This document shows positions 32,054 to 41,027 of a DNA stretch of 64,000 nt, one piece after another. The stretch covers positions 2,720,001 to 2,784,000 of the forward strand of contig CBDCCK010000002.1 in assembly GCA_965214835.1 (NCBI GenBank). Reading direction: 5' to 3'. This DNA comes from Nitrosopumilaceae archaeon. GTDB taxonomy: Archaea; Thermoproteota; Nitrososphaeria; Nitrososphaerales; Nitrosopumilaceae. Numbering within the stretch: position 1 is the stretch's first letter; each line of letters begins with the position of its first letter. A program made the translations under genes and the position numbers. Below the pieces are notes generated by a model. The model was given only the letters and a program-made list of their open reading frames with translations. It was not told the origin of the DNA and ran no database searches.

Positions 32054-32788
32054 CTAGCGGACCCCCATCTCGCTCACCGTGAGCCTTACTGCCTTGGCTG
32101 CCCTGTTTGTCCTGTTCTCAAGCATGGCAAAGTTCCTCATTACGTGGATCTTGAACCTGTCATACCCGTCGGGATCATCCTTGAAGTGTTTCCGCCGGGA
32201 CGACATCTCCCGGTTCAGCCCGTACTCCACGGACTGCCCGTCGTTGGTGTCGACTCCAAGCCTTACGGCGTCCTCGTGCATCTCGGATATGACGCCGAGC
32301 ATCTTTGGCGTCTTTTTGACGCACAGGACGACGGATATGGTCTCCCGTATGTCCTTTTCTGGTACGAACTGGCAGGACTCCCTGCATGCTACGTATATGG
32401 CAAAGGCCGCGCACTTTGCCCTGGCATAGTGAGTTCTTGCGTGCAGCGTATCGTATATGTTCCACGCCCTATACCGTATGTGCTCCACAAGCCCAAGCTT
32501 GCTGCATATGTTTGAAAAGTCAGACGAGGTCCGCGGGTTGCCGATGTGGATGTTCGGGTTGATCACCTTCATGTCCCCGGGATCCCCGCCGCTCTCCACC
32601 TGGTGATACAGCATGGGCCTGCTCTCCGATGGCACGCACGACCTGTCGGGGATCCTCTCCTCCAGAACCACGCCGCACCTGCAGACGGACTCGCCGTCCT
32701 CCGTCGTCACGATCCTGGAGGGATCGTCGTGGCGGCATGTGATTATGAGGCCGTATCGCTGCATATCGTACCGTAATTTACGGATCAC
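32054..32788 (-). CDS. Divergent TFIIB/TFB-like protein
   Basis: Zn ribbon C-x-H..DGESVCRCGVVLEE; cyclin repeat ICSKLGL...AAFAIYVACRE. Confidence 0.75.
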   Translation of the reverse strand: MIRKLRYDMQRYGLIITCRHDDPSRIVTTEDGESVCRCGVVLEERIPDRSCVPSESRPMLYHQVESGGDPGDMKVINPNIHIGNPRTSSDFSNICSKLGLVEHIRYRAWNIYDTLHARTHYARAKCAAFAIYVACRESCQFVPEKDIRETISVVLCVKKTPKMLGVISEMHEDAVRLGVDTNDGQSVEYGLNREMSSRRKHFKDDPDGYDRFKIHVMRNFAMLENRTNRAAKAVRLTVSEMGVR

Positions 32789-32958
32789 TGATCCCCGCCG
32801 CTATTTGATCATTGACTGAACGCACGATCGGGGATGCCAGAAACGCCGATCAACCGTTCCTGTCGATGATCCTGGAGGGTCGTCGGCGGCAGGCGTAGCT
32901 GCCACGACGGCTTTTAAGATATGCACAAACGCATGAAGGGACATGCGCATGAAGGGAC

Positions 32959-33222
32959 ATGCCAGAAGGGGGGACTCCGATCAAGGCAAGGCTGGGAAGA
33001 AACGCCTGCATACTGTATGCGGGAAACGGCGCCATATCCGTAGAGTTTACAAGGTTTCAAAAGTCACTGTGTATTCCATACGAGAGCATACGGTGCATCC
33101 AGACGTGGGATGACTGCCTGCTTGTCAACGCCTCCGGGAAGGGATCCGTCCTGTACGTGTTCAGGCTTGCAGGCGCAAAAAAGATGTACGACACGATACG
33201 CTCAAGGCTCGGTATAAAGTGA
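32959..33222 (+). CDS. Small hypothetical beta-rich protein
   Basis: 87-aa ORF, convergent with and overlapping the next gene. Confidence 0.5.
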   Translation: MPEGGTPIKARLGRNACILYAGNGAISVEFTRFQKSLCIPYESIRCIQTWDDCLLVNASGKGSVLYVFRLAGAKKMYDTIRSRLGIK

Positions 33223-33501
33223 GTCAAGCGTTCTACGAAGCTTTTTGTAGTGTTTTGTCCGAAACTCGAATGTATGTTCTGACCCGTCCTCCTCCCAGTG
33301 CATCCTGCACCGCTCCTCGAAGACTCCCCCCAGCGACACGGTCTTCTTCAGGGCAGATAGTGGCACAAAGTCAAGATAGATTCCGCGCCGGTGCACCTCG
33401 TATGCCACTGCCATGTTGGTCACACATAGCGTGCCTGCGCCAAACTCGGAGCTTGCAGGTATGCGGAGAAGAACCCTCTCTCCCATGTCTCTGCGCGGCA
33501 C
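33202..33501 (-). CDS. Small hypothetical protein (PH-like pattern)
   Basis: GTLCVTNMAVAYE pattern; follows the VirB6-like gene with a 2-bp gap. Confidence 0.55.
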   Translation of the reverse strand: MPRRDMGERVLLRIPASSEFGAGTLCVTNMAVAYEVHRRGIYLDFVPLSALKKTVSLGGVFEERCRMHWEEDGSEHTFEFRTKHYKKLRRTLDSLYTEP

Positions 33502-33503
33502 TA

Positions 33504-35330
33504 TCAGGATTCGTCCCCGTCCGTGACCATCCGTCCTGCCCCGACCGGATGCCTCCTTATCTGGCGGGTTACCTTGTCGTCAAACTTTTTCCTCGCCTCG
33601 GGCGGTGCGCCGTCAAGCCCGGCGTCCCTGCGGGCAGAGTCAAGAAACCTCTCCCTTGCGTCGGGGTCGTCCGTCATGGACTGTCCGGCATCAAGGGGCC
33701 GGGCGTTGTGCATCATGGCGTTGAGCGGTTCTCCCGGGTTCACCAGCGTATTGTCCTCGAATACGTGCGGGGCCACCGCGCGCTCTGCGGACTCCATCTT
33801 TCTGGTGACTTCCCTGGCGGCCCCTCCCGCAAGCGCGCCATATGCGGCATTCTGTATGCGCGCGTCCCCGCCGTGGATCATCTGGCCCGATACGCCTGAT
33901 GCCGCAGATCCCATGCCCATCTGCTGTGTCGCCGACTGGACCATTCCGGAGCCAAGGCCGCCAAGAAACCCGGCGGCCCCGGCCCTGCCGTACACCCTCA
34001 TCTTGTCCAGTACGGACATTCTTCCCAGGCTGGCCCCGGAGGTCGCAGATCCGACCGAGGCGGAGCTGAACCCGTTTCCGGCCGAACCCGCTACGGCCCC
34101 GGCAGCGGCCCCGCCCACGATACCTGATACCCCCCGCATGGCAGCAGAGGCCCGTCCCACCCCGTGCGTTATCCCGCGCAGCGCCCCGGATCCGGCCACG
34201 CTTGCAGACGTTATGGACGATGATACCATGCTGCCCACCTTTGTCGAGAGGTTTCCAAGCATCGGGGAGAGCATGACTGGGAAGAACACTGCCAGGAATC
34301 CCACGCTCAGCAGCTGGAACCACATGCGTAGTGGCGGCAGCTCCTGCGAGTCTATGGTGGAGATACCGACTGAGAGAACCAGTGCGGACAGTACAGGGGC
34401 CATGGCAAGCCCGACCAGGTTCTGCTGGAACATCGACGAGATCCTGCCCGTGTTTATCCACGGGATCAGACCTATGGCAGTAACCAGTGGGAATGACACT
34501 ATGATTATCTCGGTAAGCATGACGCGTACCGCGGACAGCACGAACATCATGGCAGTCATGAACATCACGGCAAACCCCTTGAAGAGCGACAGTATGACGT
34601 TTACAAGAAGGTCCTCGCCAAACAGTGGGTTCTGGAGCGACTCGTTCCACGATTCCAGGTTCAGCGTATCGTCGCGGTCGTACCGGCTGACGTCATCAAA
34701 TATCCCCACGGGGTCTATGGATGTCGTGCCGTCGATGCTGCATGCCACCGATCCCATAAGGCACCACAATCTGGTGGTCCTGGCATGCGGGTCGCCGCCG
34801 AACGGATCCATGAGATACAGCGAGGAGGACTCTATGACCAGCGCGACGGTATCCCACAGGTACGGCAGCACCAGGTATATCGGAACTAGGATGACAAGCT
34901 TTGCAAGTATCCCGTATGCCGTGCCGGGCCTGACCAGGTTGAACTCCTCAAAGAAATAGGATACGCCTGCAAGCATTACAAGTATCACGAATATCCCCAT
35001 GGCTATCTTTACCATCAGGCCGTACATCGCGATGGATGGGAACAGCTCCGCAAACTCCTGCTCTGAGAGGACAGTATCAGAGTCACCGACGGCTATCTCT
35101 CCGGAGTCAAGTGTTGGAACGTACTGCGGGATCCTGGTGCCGTCATCGGCATAGTGGAATATCGTGGGCATGTCTGCAAGCAGGTCCGGGACCATCGGCC
35201 CTCCTACGCCCACGAACAGCTGCGATATGGCAATCATCGACGAGAATATCAGGATCCCCATGCCCAGCATGAGCGGCATCGTGAAGAGAAAGCCGCGCCG
35301 CCTGCGGCTCATCCGGGTGCGAAAGGACAC
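33504..35330 (-). CDS. VirB6/TrbL-like polytopic membrane protein
   Basis: Multiple TM helices followed by a Gly/Ala/Ser-rich tail; conjugation gene context. Confidence 0.7.
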   Translation of the reverse strand: MSFRTRMSRRRRGFLFTMPLMLGMGILIFSSMIAISQLFVGVGGPMVPDLLADMPTIFHYADDGTRIPQYVPTLDSGEIAVGDSDTVLSEQEFAELFPSIAMYGLMVKIAMGIFVILVMLAGVSYFFEEFNLVRPGTAYGILAKLVILVPIYLVLPYLWDTVALVIESSSLYLMDPFGGDPHARTTRLWCLMGSVACSIDGTTSIDPVGIFDDVSRYDRDDTLNLESWNESLQNPLFGEDLLVNVILSLFKGFAVMFMTAMMFVLSAVRVMLTEIIIVSFPLVTAIGLIPWINTGRISSMFQQNLVGLAMAPVLSALVLSVGISTIDSQELPPLRMWFQLLSVGFLAVFFPVMLSPMLGNLSTKVGSMVSSSITSASVAGSGALRGITHGVGRASAAMRGVSGIVGGAAAGAVAGSAGNGFSSASVGSATSGASLGRMSVLDKMRVYGRAGAAGFLGGLGSGMVQSATQQMGMGSAASGVSGQMIHGGDARIQNAAYGALAGGAAREVTRKMESAERAVAPHVFEDNTLVNPGEPLNAMMHNARPLDAGQSMTDDPDARERFLDSARRDAGLDGAPPEARKKFDDKVTRQIRRHPVGAGRMVTDGDES

Positions 35331-35397
35331 ACACCCATAATCCCGGCGTCATTTAAGACCACATATCCGGCTTTTATGACGTACGGAATTTGACCGT

Positions 35398-35802
35398 ATG
35401 AACGAGATAATCGCGGCAGTCATGCTGTTTGGCGTCGTAACTGCCGTCTTTGTGCCGCTTATCGCCGACTCGGGCTCGCAGATATTCTCAAGATCCACTA
35501 CCATAAGGGACTCCATGGAGGATGCGCGCGTGCAGTCGGGCCAGTCCGCGGTGGCCACCCATGCCCAGCAGGTCAACGGGACCATTACCGTATTCGTATC
35601 CAACATCGGAACCGAGGACATTTACATACGCACCGTCCTGGTCGACGGATACGAGTCGCCATACGTGCTGAATGACCAGGACGGCGACGAGGCAGGCGTG
35701 CTTGCAGCAGGCGGCCTGGGCTCGCTGGGCATAACGGGCACGGGGAACAGGGTACAGGTAATCACGACTGCAGGCAAGCTCTTTGAATTTGATGCCGGGT
35801 GA
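35398..35802 (+). CDS. Archaeal type IV pilin-like protein
   Basis: NEIIAAVMLFGVV N-helix, VFVSNIG, VITTAGKLF. Confidence 0.7.
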   Translation: MNEIIAAVMLFGVVTAVFVPLIADSGSQIFSRSTTIRDSMEDARVQSGQSAVATHAQQVNGTITVFVSNIGTEDIYIRTVLVDGYESPYVLNDQDGDEAGVLAAGGLGSLGITGTGNRVQVITTAGKLFEFDAG

Positions 35803-36065
35803 CGTGTTTGGGGGTCAGGGGATTTTGGTGGGCGGCTCCGGCACTGTCAGGCGCTTTATCGCATTGTGTTTCCCCACATGACTTTGATTTTGATATCCGG
35901 TCTTCCCAAAAAGCACTAACCATACCCAACATTCTTAAACACAAACTTTGCATAGATCATGCATGCCTGATACCAAAAAAATAACGATGGAACTAGAGGA
36001 TGTCAGTGATAGTTTGGCCAAAAGAGCCCACGAAGAGTGGAAGGAGCTAGGCGAAGACTAAAAAA

Positions 36066-36440
36066 TTATTCTGTTTTGTTTGGCTTGGGAACACAATAGC
36101 GGATAAAGTGCCTGTAGGCTTCCCTGCCGACATATTTGGCAAACCAGTGTCTCATCAGGTTCCATTCCTCTACATCCGCATCATCGGATTCAACACGCAG
36201 TCCGATCTCACTTGCGAGGTTTCTGTCAATTACAAACCCGTGTGTGGGCAGCTTGAAGAGCAACTCGTCCGTTATTTGCTCAATGCCTTCCTCATCACAA
36301 CTCCCTGATTGCCTGTGCGATCTTAAATTATGACGCAACCCCGCCGACGACAGAATTGGCAAGCAGGTACGCCTTTTTCTTTTCTGCAGGCTTCATCTTT
36401 TGCCCAATGCCAACAAGCACATCTTCAATTCCAATCTCAA
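36066..36440 (-). pseudogene. C-terminal remnant of an SDH/ClpP-like serine protease
   Basis: ELLFKLPTHGFVIDRNLASEIGLRV motif; no intact N-terminus. Confidence 0.5.
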
Positions 36441-36629
36441 AACAATTCAGATTAGGCCGCATGCAGTCCATCATGTCACCATCCGAACCGCCACAAGTCT
36501 GATTGCATCCGGGAAGACTGGACGACAGGGCAGGGTTTATCCCTCCTGCAGTCTTCATACGTGGCTCGCGAAGGCACCGTGGGAGCGTATGGGAGGATCG
36601 CATCCGTCTCCTGAATTTTATTTTTAATT

Positions 36630-36677
36630 AAAAAAAAGGCTAGTACAACGCTAGCACTACTTGCCTAAGACTCAAGG
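36630..36677 (-). ncRNA. Predicted antisense RNA to the AAG tRNA
   Basis: CCTTGAGTCTTAGGCAAGTAGT-GCTAG-CGTTGTA-CTAGC-C-T8; 17/17 complementary to the anticodon arm. Confidence 0.72.
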
Positions 36678-36708
36678 ATTATAGGATGTGTTGCATTTTA
36701 AACCTTGT
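36678..36708. promoter_or_regulatory. Putative overlapping divergent promoters
   Basis: ATTATAGGAT-GTGTTGCATT-TTAAACCTTGT; TTATA on + about 28 nt before the tRNA; TTTAAAA on - about 25 nt before the antisense start. Confidence 0.65.
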
Positions 36709-36779
36709 GGGCCCCTAGTATAATGGTAGTACGCTTGCCTAAGACTCAAGAGGTCCGGGTTCGATTCCCGGGGGGTCCA
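36709..36779 (+). tRNA. Non-canonical tRNA: anticodon AAG (Leu) on a short-arm Ala-type body (G3:U70, A73)
   Basis: GGGCCCC TA GTAT AATGGTA GTAC G CTTGC CTAAGAC TCAAG AGGT CCGGG TTCGATT CCCGG GGGGTCC A; 71 nt; C31:U39 mismatch. Confidence 0.88.
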
Positions 36780-36835
36780 CGCTAATTCAGAATGAGCGTA
36801 TCTCTCCGAGACAGCGGCTGCCGGTTCACCATATA

Positions 36836-37267
36836 TCACGGATGGATTTTCTCAAACACCATGCCGCATTCCTCCACGGAGCCGTCCCCGGAGGTTACCG
36901 TCGCCCTTACCATGTGGGCTGAATTCGTAACAGATGCGGCAAACGTACCTGACGGCTTCCACGAGTCCCCCGGGCCAAGGGCCGTCCCGTTGAGTCCGTG
37001 TACGGCACCGTCATCATCGAGGAACCTCACCGCTGCAGAGTCGACTGTCGCGGTTCCCGTGTTGTATATGGACGCGGCAAAATACGCCCTCCCCGCCCCG
37101 GTCCCGTGCAGCACAACATCGGATATCTCGCATCCTATGGATCCCGTAAGGTTGTCCACCTGGCCCGTCAGTACAGATGCCACCGCCGCCGCCATGACAG
37201 AGGCAAGTCCTATGAGGAGCGACACTGCGACCAGGCTGTGGATGCCCCGGCGTGTCCCGGTGATCAA
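36836..37267 (-). CDS. Archaeal type IV pilin
   Basis: Class III signal RRG/IHSLVAVSLLIG; IYNTGT. Confidence 0.8.
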   Translation of the reverse strand: MITGTRRGIHSLVAVSLLIGLASVMAAAVASVLTGQVDNLTGSIGCEISDVVLHGTGAGRAYFAASIYNTGTATVDSAAVRFLDDDGAVHGLNGTALGPGDSWKPSGTFAASVTNSAHMVRATVTSGDGSVEECGMVFEKIHP

Positions 37268-39084
37268 GGTTTCTCCCCGGGCGGGGACGTGTCAAACAGT
37301 GTTCTTTCCTCCCCGGATGGCTCGAACCTCACGTGCAGGCGGTACCTCTTTGTGAGCAGTATGGCGTTTCCCGGATCAAAGGACTTTATCCGGGAGGCCT
37401 CGTGCGGTGATAAATTGAGTATCTTTGCGGCGCTGTCGGTGGCCTCCTCCTCCATGTTCAACAGAATCTTGGTCTCCATGTTGTCCACGATGCGGTTTGC
37501 CCCGCCCCTGTCGCGCGCAATGTCGTCTATGTTCTGCGATACGAACAGGAATTTTACGTTGCGCTTTCTTCCCATGCGGACTATCTGCTCGATGTACTTT
37601 TGTGCGCCCTCCATCTTGAAGATCATCCATGCCTCGTCCAACAAAATTATCTTCTGTACGTTCTGCGGCATGGCCTCTATCCTCTTCCATACCCTGCTCA
37701 GGGCGAGGATCAGCAGCATTATCTCGTGCGGCTTGCCGTCTGCCTTTCTCATCGATATCACGATCCGGTCAGACATCTTCGGGGTTCCGCGCATCATCCT
37801 GGCAAGCGGGCCGTCCACAAGATCGTCTAGCCACTTTTGCGAGCCCGGATTGTCTGCAAGTATATCGTACAGCTCATCGACGCTGCCCACCCTGTCAGAA
37901 AACCTGCGGAACTGCTTTACCACATCCTCGGGCGCCCGGGTCACGCCGCCCAGTATGTCGGCCGCATCCGCAGGCTCGAGCAGTTTGAACGGGTCAAGGC
38001 CCAGCTCGGCGTCCCCGCCGGTTATCTGTATCCGGTCAAGGCCCAGCTCTGGGGCTATGTCGTGGTACTCGCCCATCGGGTCTATCACAAAGCACAGACT
38101 CTCCGGATGCTTCTCAATCAGCCTGCGCAGGATCATCTTTGCCGTAAAGGACTTGCCCGAGCCCGACGTCCCGATTATGGCCATGTTGTAGTTTGTCCGC
38201 TTTTGAAAGTCAAATATCACGGGCGCCCCGCTGTCGGTGTTTATTCCCAGCACGAGTCCGTTTGGGACCTCCAGCATGTCGCCTGACACCATCGAGTAAA
38301 GGCACGACATGCTTCCAAGGTCAAAGGTGAGGGTCTTGCCCCACCCCTCTGCAAGCATGGCCCCCTGCCTTGCCATCTGCGTGCAGAACTCCCCGCCCTG
38401 GATGCTCGATGCGTTGCGCAGCTCCCGGACTGCCGTCCGCAGTCCCTTGAGGTCCTGTGCCACCAGTACGCATATCACCCTGCACCTGAACAGGCCCGAG
38501 TGGTTCTGCCTCATCGACGTCTCTGCGCGCTCCAGCTTTTCGTACTCGACTGCGGCCTGCTTTGAGCGCAATGACGACTCGTAGACCAGCTCCTTTCTCT
38601 TGCGTATGCCCTCGAGCGCGTCCCGGTGCTGCACGGGCTCTATCCAGATGCCCACCTCGTGGCATGCGGGAAATATCCCCGTCGCAATCCACCCCCACGC
38701 AATCTCGTAGGGGAGGCGGCGCAGCGTAAAGCACTTGGCCACGGCTGTCGCCCCGTCGCCGATGTCAACGTCCATGTGGCGCCATCCCTCGCGCAGTATC
38801 CTTATCTGCCTGTGCCCGCCGATGTCGGCGGTATACTCGTAGCGCAGCGCGTCAAATATGTGGTTGAGCGGCTCGCCGCTTGAGACATACAGCTGCAGTA
38901 TGGGCATCCCCACCATCTGCCCGTCCACCGGGATTGTCAGCATCTTTCTTGCCAGTCTTATCCGAATCGGTTTTGATATTACGCGCAGCAAATCAAAGAA
39001 CTCGCCCAGCTTCTTGCGCTGCTTTTGCTCGGGAAGCGTGACAAAGTTTGTCGGCGTTACCGTATAGTGGTAGGATAGCTTCAC
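37264..39084 (-). CDS. virB4: VirB4-like conjugation ATPase
   Basis: NYNMAIIGTSGSGKS, VIDPMGEY, LLDEAW, RMGRKRN..SQN; likely GTG start 39084. Confidence 0.85.
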   Translation of the reverse strand: MKLSYHYTVTPTNFVTLPEQKQRKKLGEFFDLLRVISKPIRIRLARKMLTIPVDGQMVGMPILQLYVSSGEPLNHIFDALRYEYTADIGGHRQIRILREGWRHMDVDIGDGATAVAKCFTLRRLPYEIAWGWIATGIFPACHEVGIWIEPVQHRDALEGIRKRKELVYESSLRSKQAAVEYEKLERAETSMRQNHSGLFRCRVICVLVAQDLKGLRTAVRELRNASSIQGGEFCTQMARQGAMLAEGWGKTLTFDLGSMSCLYSMVSGDMLEVPNGLVLGINTDSGAPVIFDFQKRTNYNMAIIGTSGSGKSFTAKMILRRLIEKHPESLCFVIDPMGEYHDIAPELGLDRIQITGGDAELGLDPFKLLEPADAADILGGVTRAPEDVVKQFRRFSDRVGSVDELYDILADNPGSQKWLDDLVDGPLARMMRGTPKMSDRIVISMRKADGKPHEIMLLILALSRVWKRIEAMPQNVQKIILLDEAWMIFKMEGAQKYIEQIVRMGRKRNVKFLFVSQNIDDIARDRGGANRIVDNMETKILLNMEEEATDSAAKILNLSPHEASRIKSFDPGNAILLTKRYRLHVRFEPSGEERTLFDTSPPGEKP

Positions 39085-39124
39085 ACCAGACAAATCGGGC
39101 CTGACCTTAAAAGGACGGCAACGC

Positions 39125-40579
39125 TTGACGCATATGGAGCACCATGTCGGCGAGTTCAGCATAGTGCGGTTTGAGACGGGCGATCCGGGAGACGTGATAA
39201 GGTCATACGGGGTAAACGGTGCCACGATCCACATAACGCGTGACGGCAGGTACCTGGTATCGGAACCCGGGCTGAGCGGCAGGGCGGAGAAGGTGTGGCA
39301 GGGACTGATGGAGAACCTGTACTATTCGTTTGCAGACACGCACGTGGGGGATGCCGTGCAGGCGGTAAAGGACAGGCTTGAGGAGGAGGCAAGGCAGACC
39401 GCCGTCCTTGACGTTTACGGGGCAGAAAAGGAGGCAATCGAGTACTATCTGATACGCGACATCGCCGGATACAGGGAGCTTGACGTGCTGATGAGGGATC
39501 CAGGGATAGAGGACATCATATGCACCAGGTTTGACAGGGAGGTGGCAGTCATCCACCGCGACCACCCGGAGGCCGAGATGCTGAAGACCAACATCAGGTT
39601 TGCAACGCAGGAGTCCCTTGACGGCCTGCTGCAGATAATGGCCCAGCGCAACGGCACGGCCCCCACGATATCCAAGCCCATAGCGTACTGCTCGACCCCG
39701 GACAACGACAGGATAACCATAACGTGGAAGGACGAGGTATCAAGGCCCGGATCCACACTTGCAATTAGAAAGTTTCCAAGGGAGCCGTATACCATAACGC
39801 ACCTGCTGGAATCAGGCGTGCTCAGCCCGCTGCTTGCCGCATACGTCTGGGTGATGAACGACGCAAGATCGTTCTCCTTTATAGTAGGCGAGACGGGCTC
39901 GGGCAAGACCACCATGATAAACGCCCTTGCCTGCATGATGCACCCCCGGTGGCATATACTGACCATAGAGGAGACACGGGAGCTGAGCATACCGCACTAC
40001 TGGAACGAGTACATGGTCACGAGGACCAGCCCGCACCTTGCAAGGTCGGAATACGACATTGACATCATGGGCCTCGGCATGGCCGCGCTGAGAAAAAAGC
40101 CGCACTATGTCATAGTCGGCGAGGTGCGCGGAAGGGAGGCGCAGCAGCTGTTTCAGGTCGCGCTCACCGGACACGGGTGCGTCTCCAGCATACATGCGCC
40201 CGGCGCAGGCGACCTGATGGTCAGGCTGGGCGGAGACGAGATGGGAATCACGCAGACCCAGCAGGCAAGCATCGACTATCTCATCCAGATACAGAAGGTA
40301 AAGACGGGCGGCGGGGTCGTGGCAAGGAGGGTCACGGGTGTAACGGAGGTGGCTGGGGGAACCGTGCCGGAGCTGCACGAGCTGTTCTCGTATAATCCGG
40401 AAGCGGAGTCGTTTCTGCCCGGCGATACAGATGATGTGATATCAGACAGCATAAAGCTGAAGGATGCCACGAGGTTTCTCGGGATAGATGACATCGGAGA
40501 AGACATCGGGAGGCGCATCTCGCTTCTTGACGAGTGCGTGAGGAGCAGGCGCACAGCGTGCGCGACGTGTTTGGGATAA
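39125..40579 (+). CDS. Type II/IV secretion ATPase (VirB11/TadA/FlaI family)
   Basis: DPGIEDI, IRKF, GETGSGKTT, TIEETREL, IVGEVRG, TGHG. Confidence 0.92.
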   Translation: MTHMEHHVGEFSIVRFETGDPGDVIRSYGVNGATIHITRDGRYLVSEPGLSGRAEKVWQGLMENLYYSFADTHVGDAVQAVKDRLEEEARQTAVLDVYGAEKEAIEYYLIRDIAGYRELDVLMRDPGIEDIICTRFDREVAVIHRDHPEAEMLKTNIRFATQESLDGLLQIMAQRNGTAPTISKPIAYCSTPDNDRITITWKDEVSRPGSTLAIRKFPREPYTITHLLESGVLSPLLAAYVWVMNDARSFSFIVGETGSGKTTMINALACMMHPRWHILTIEETRELSIPHYWNEYMVTRTSPHLARSEYDIDIMGLGMAALRKKPHYVIVGEVRGREAQQLFQVALTGHGCVSSIHAPGAGDLMVRLGGDEMGITQTQQASIDYLIQIQKVKTGGGVVARRVTGVTEVAGGTVPELHELFSYNPEAESFLPGDTDDVISDSIKLKDATRFLGIDDIGEDIGRRISLLDECVRSRRTACATCLG

Positions 40580-40622
40580 CCTCCAGGTACTACGGCACGG
40601 CATCGCCCGGATCCTGAACATA

Positions 40623-41027
40623 TCATAATGCTTTGTTTGATCCTAGAAATCTCTCATTGGACAGTATTGCAAAACCGTGAAGCGTGGCAAACAGGTATGC
40701 CACTGCCGTGCTTGCCGCCGGGTCGAATCCGTGCACGACTATGACGGGCAGTGATACAACGCATGCCGCCTCGATTGCCATCGTTATAATCCAAGAGGTT
40801 CGGGTTGAAAACCTTCCGTATACAGCAGACAGCATGACGCTCTGCTCGTGTCTTGATATGCGGGAGCTGTTCGCAAGCGTGATGTGCAGATCCAGGTACA
40901 TGGAAGATGCCCACATCCCGAGTATCGCCAGTACAGAGGCCCAGTCTATATCGGGCCTTGCAAAAAAATACAAAAAGAGTACGGATGCCGAGGATATGAT
41001 CCCGGCACGGTCAGGGGCGCGGAACAA
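40623..41027 (-). CDS. Small membrane protein
   Basis: Four hydrophobic segments; overlaps the stop of the upstream gene. Confidence 0.55.
   Translation of the reverse strand: MFRAPDRAGIISSASVLFLYFFARPDIDWASVLAILGMWASSMYLDLHITLANSSRISRHEQSVMLSAVYGRFSTRTSWIITMAIEAACVVSLPVIVVHGFDPAASTAVAYLFATLHGFAILSNERFLGSNKAL

Noticed and set aside
36640-36676. Partial tRNA duplication as an attL/attR integration scar
   Set aside because: It lies only about 30 bp from the tRNA with no element between them. It has G:U-biased substitutions, a hairpin and poly-T, and the same layout recurs at 29225-29272.
36733-36750. Reading the anticodon as CUA (amber suppressor) or UAA
   Set aside because: Only the AAG register gives the CTTG/CAAG stem, a 7-nt loop, U33 and purine 37.
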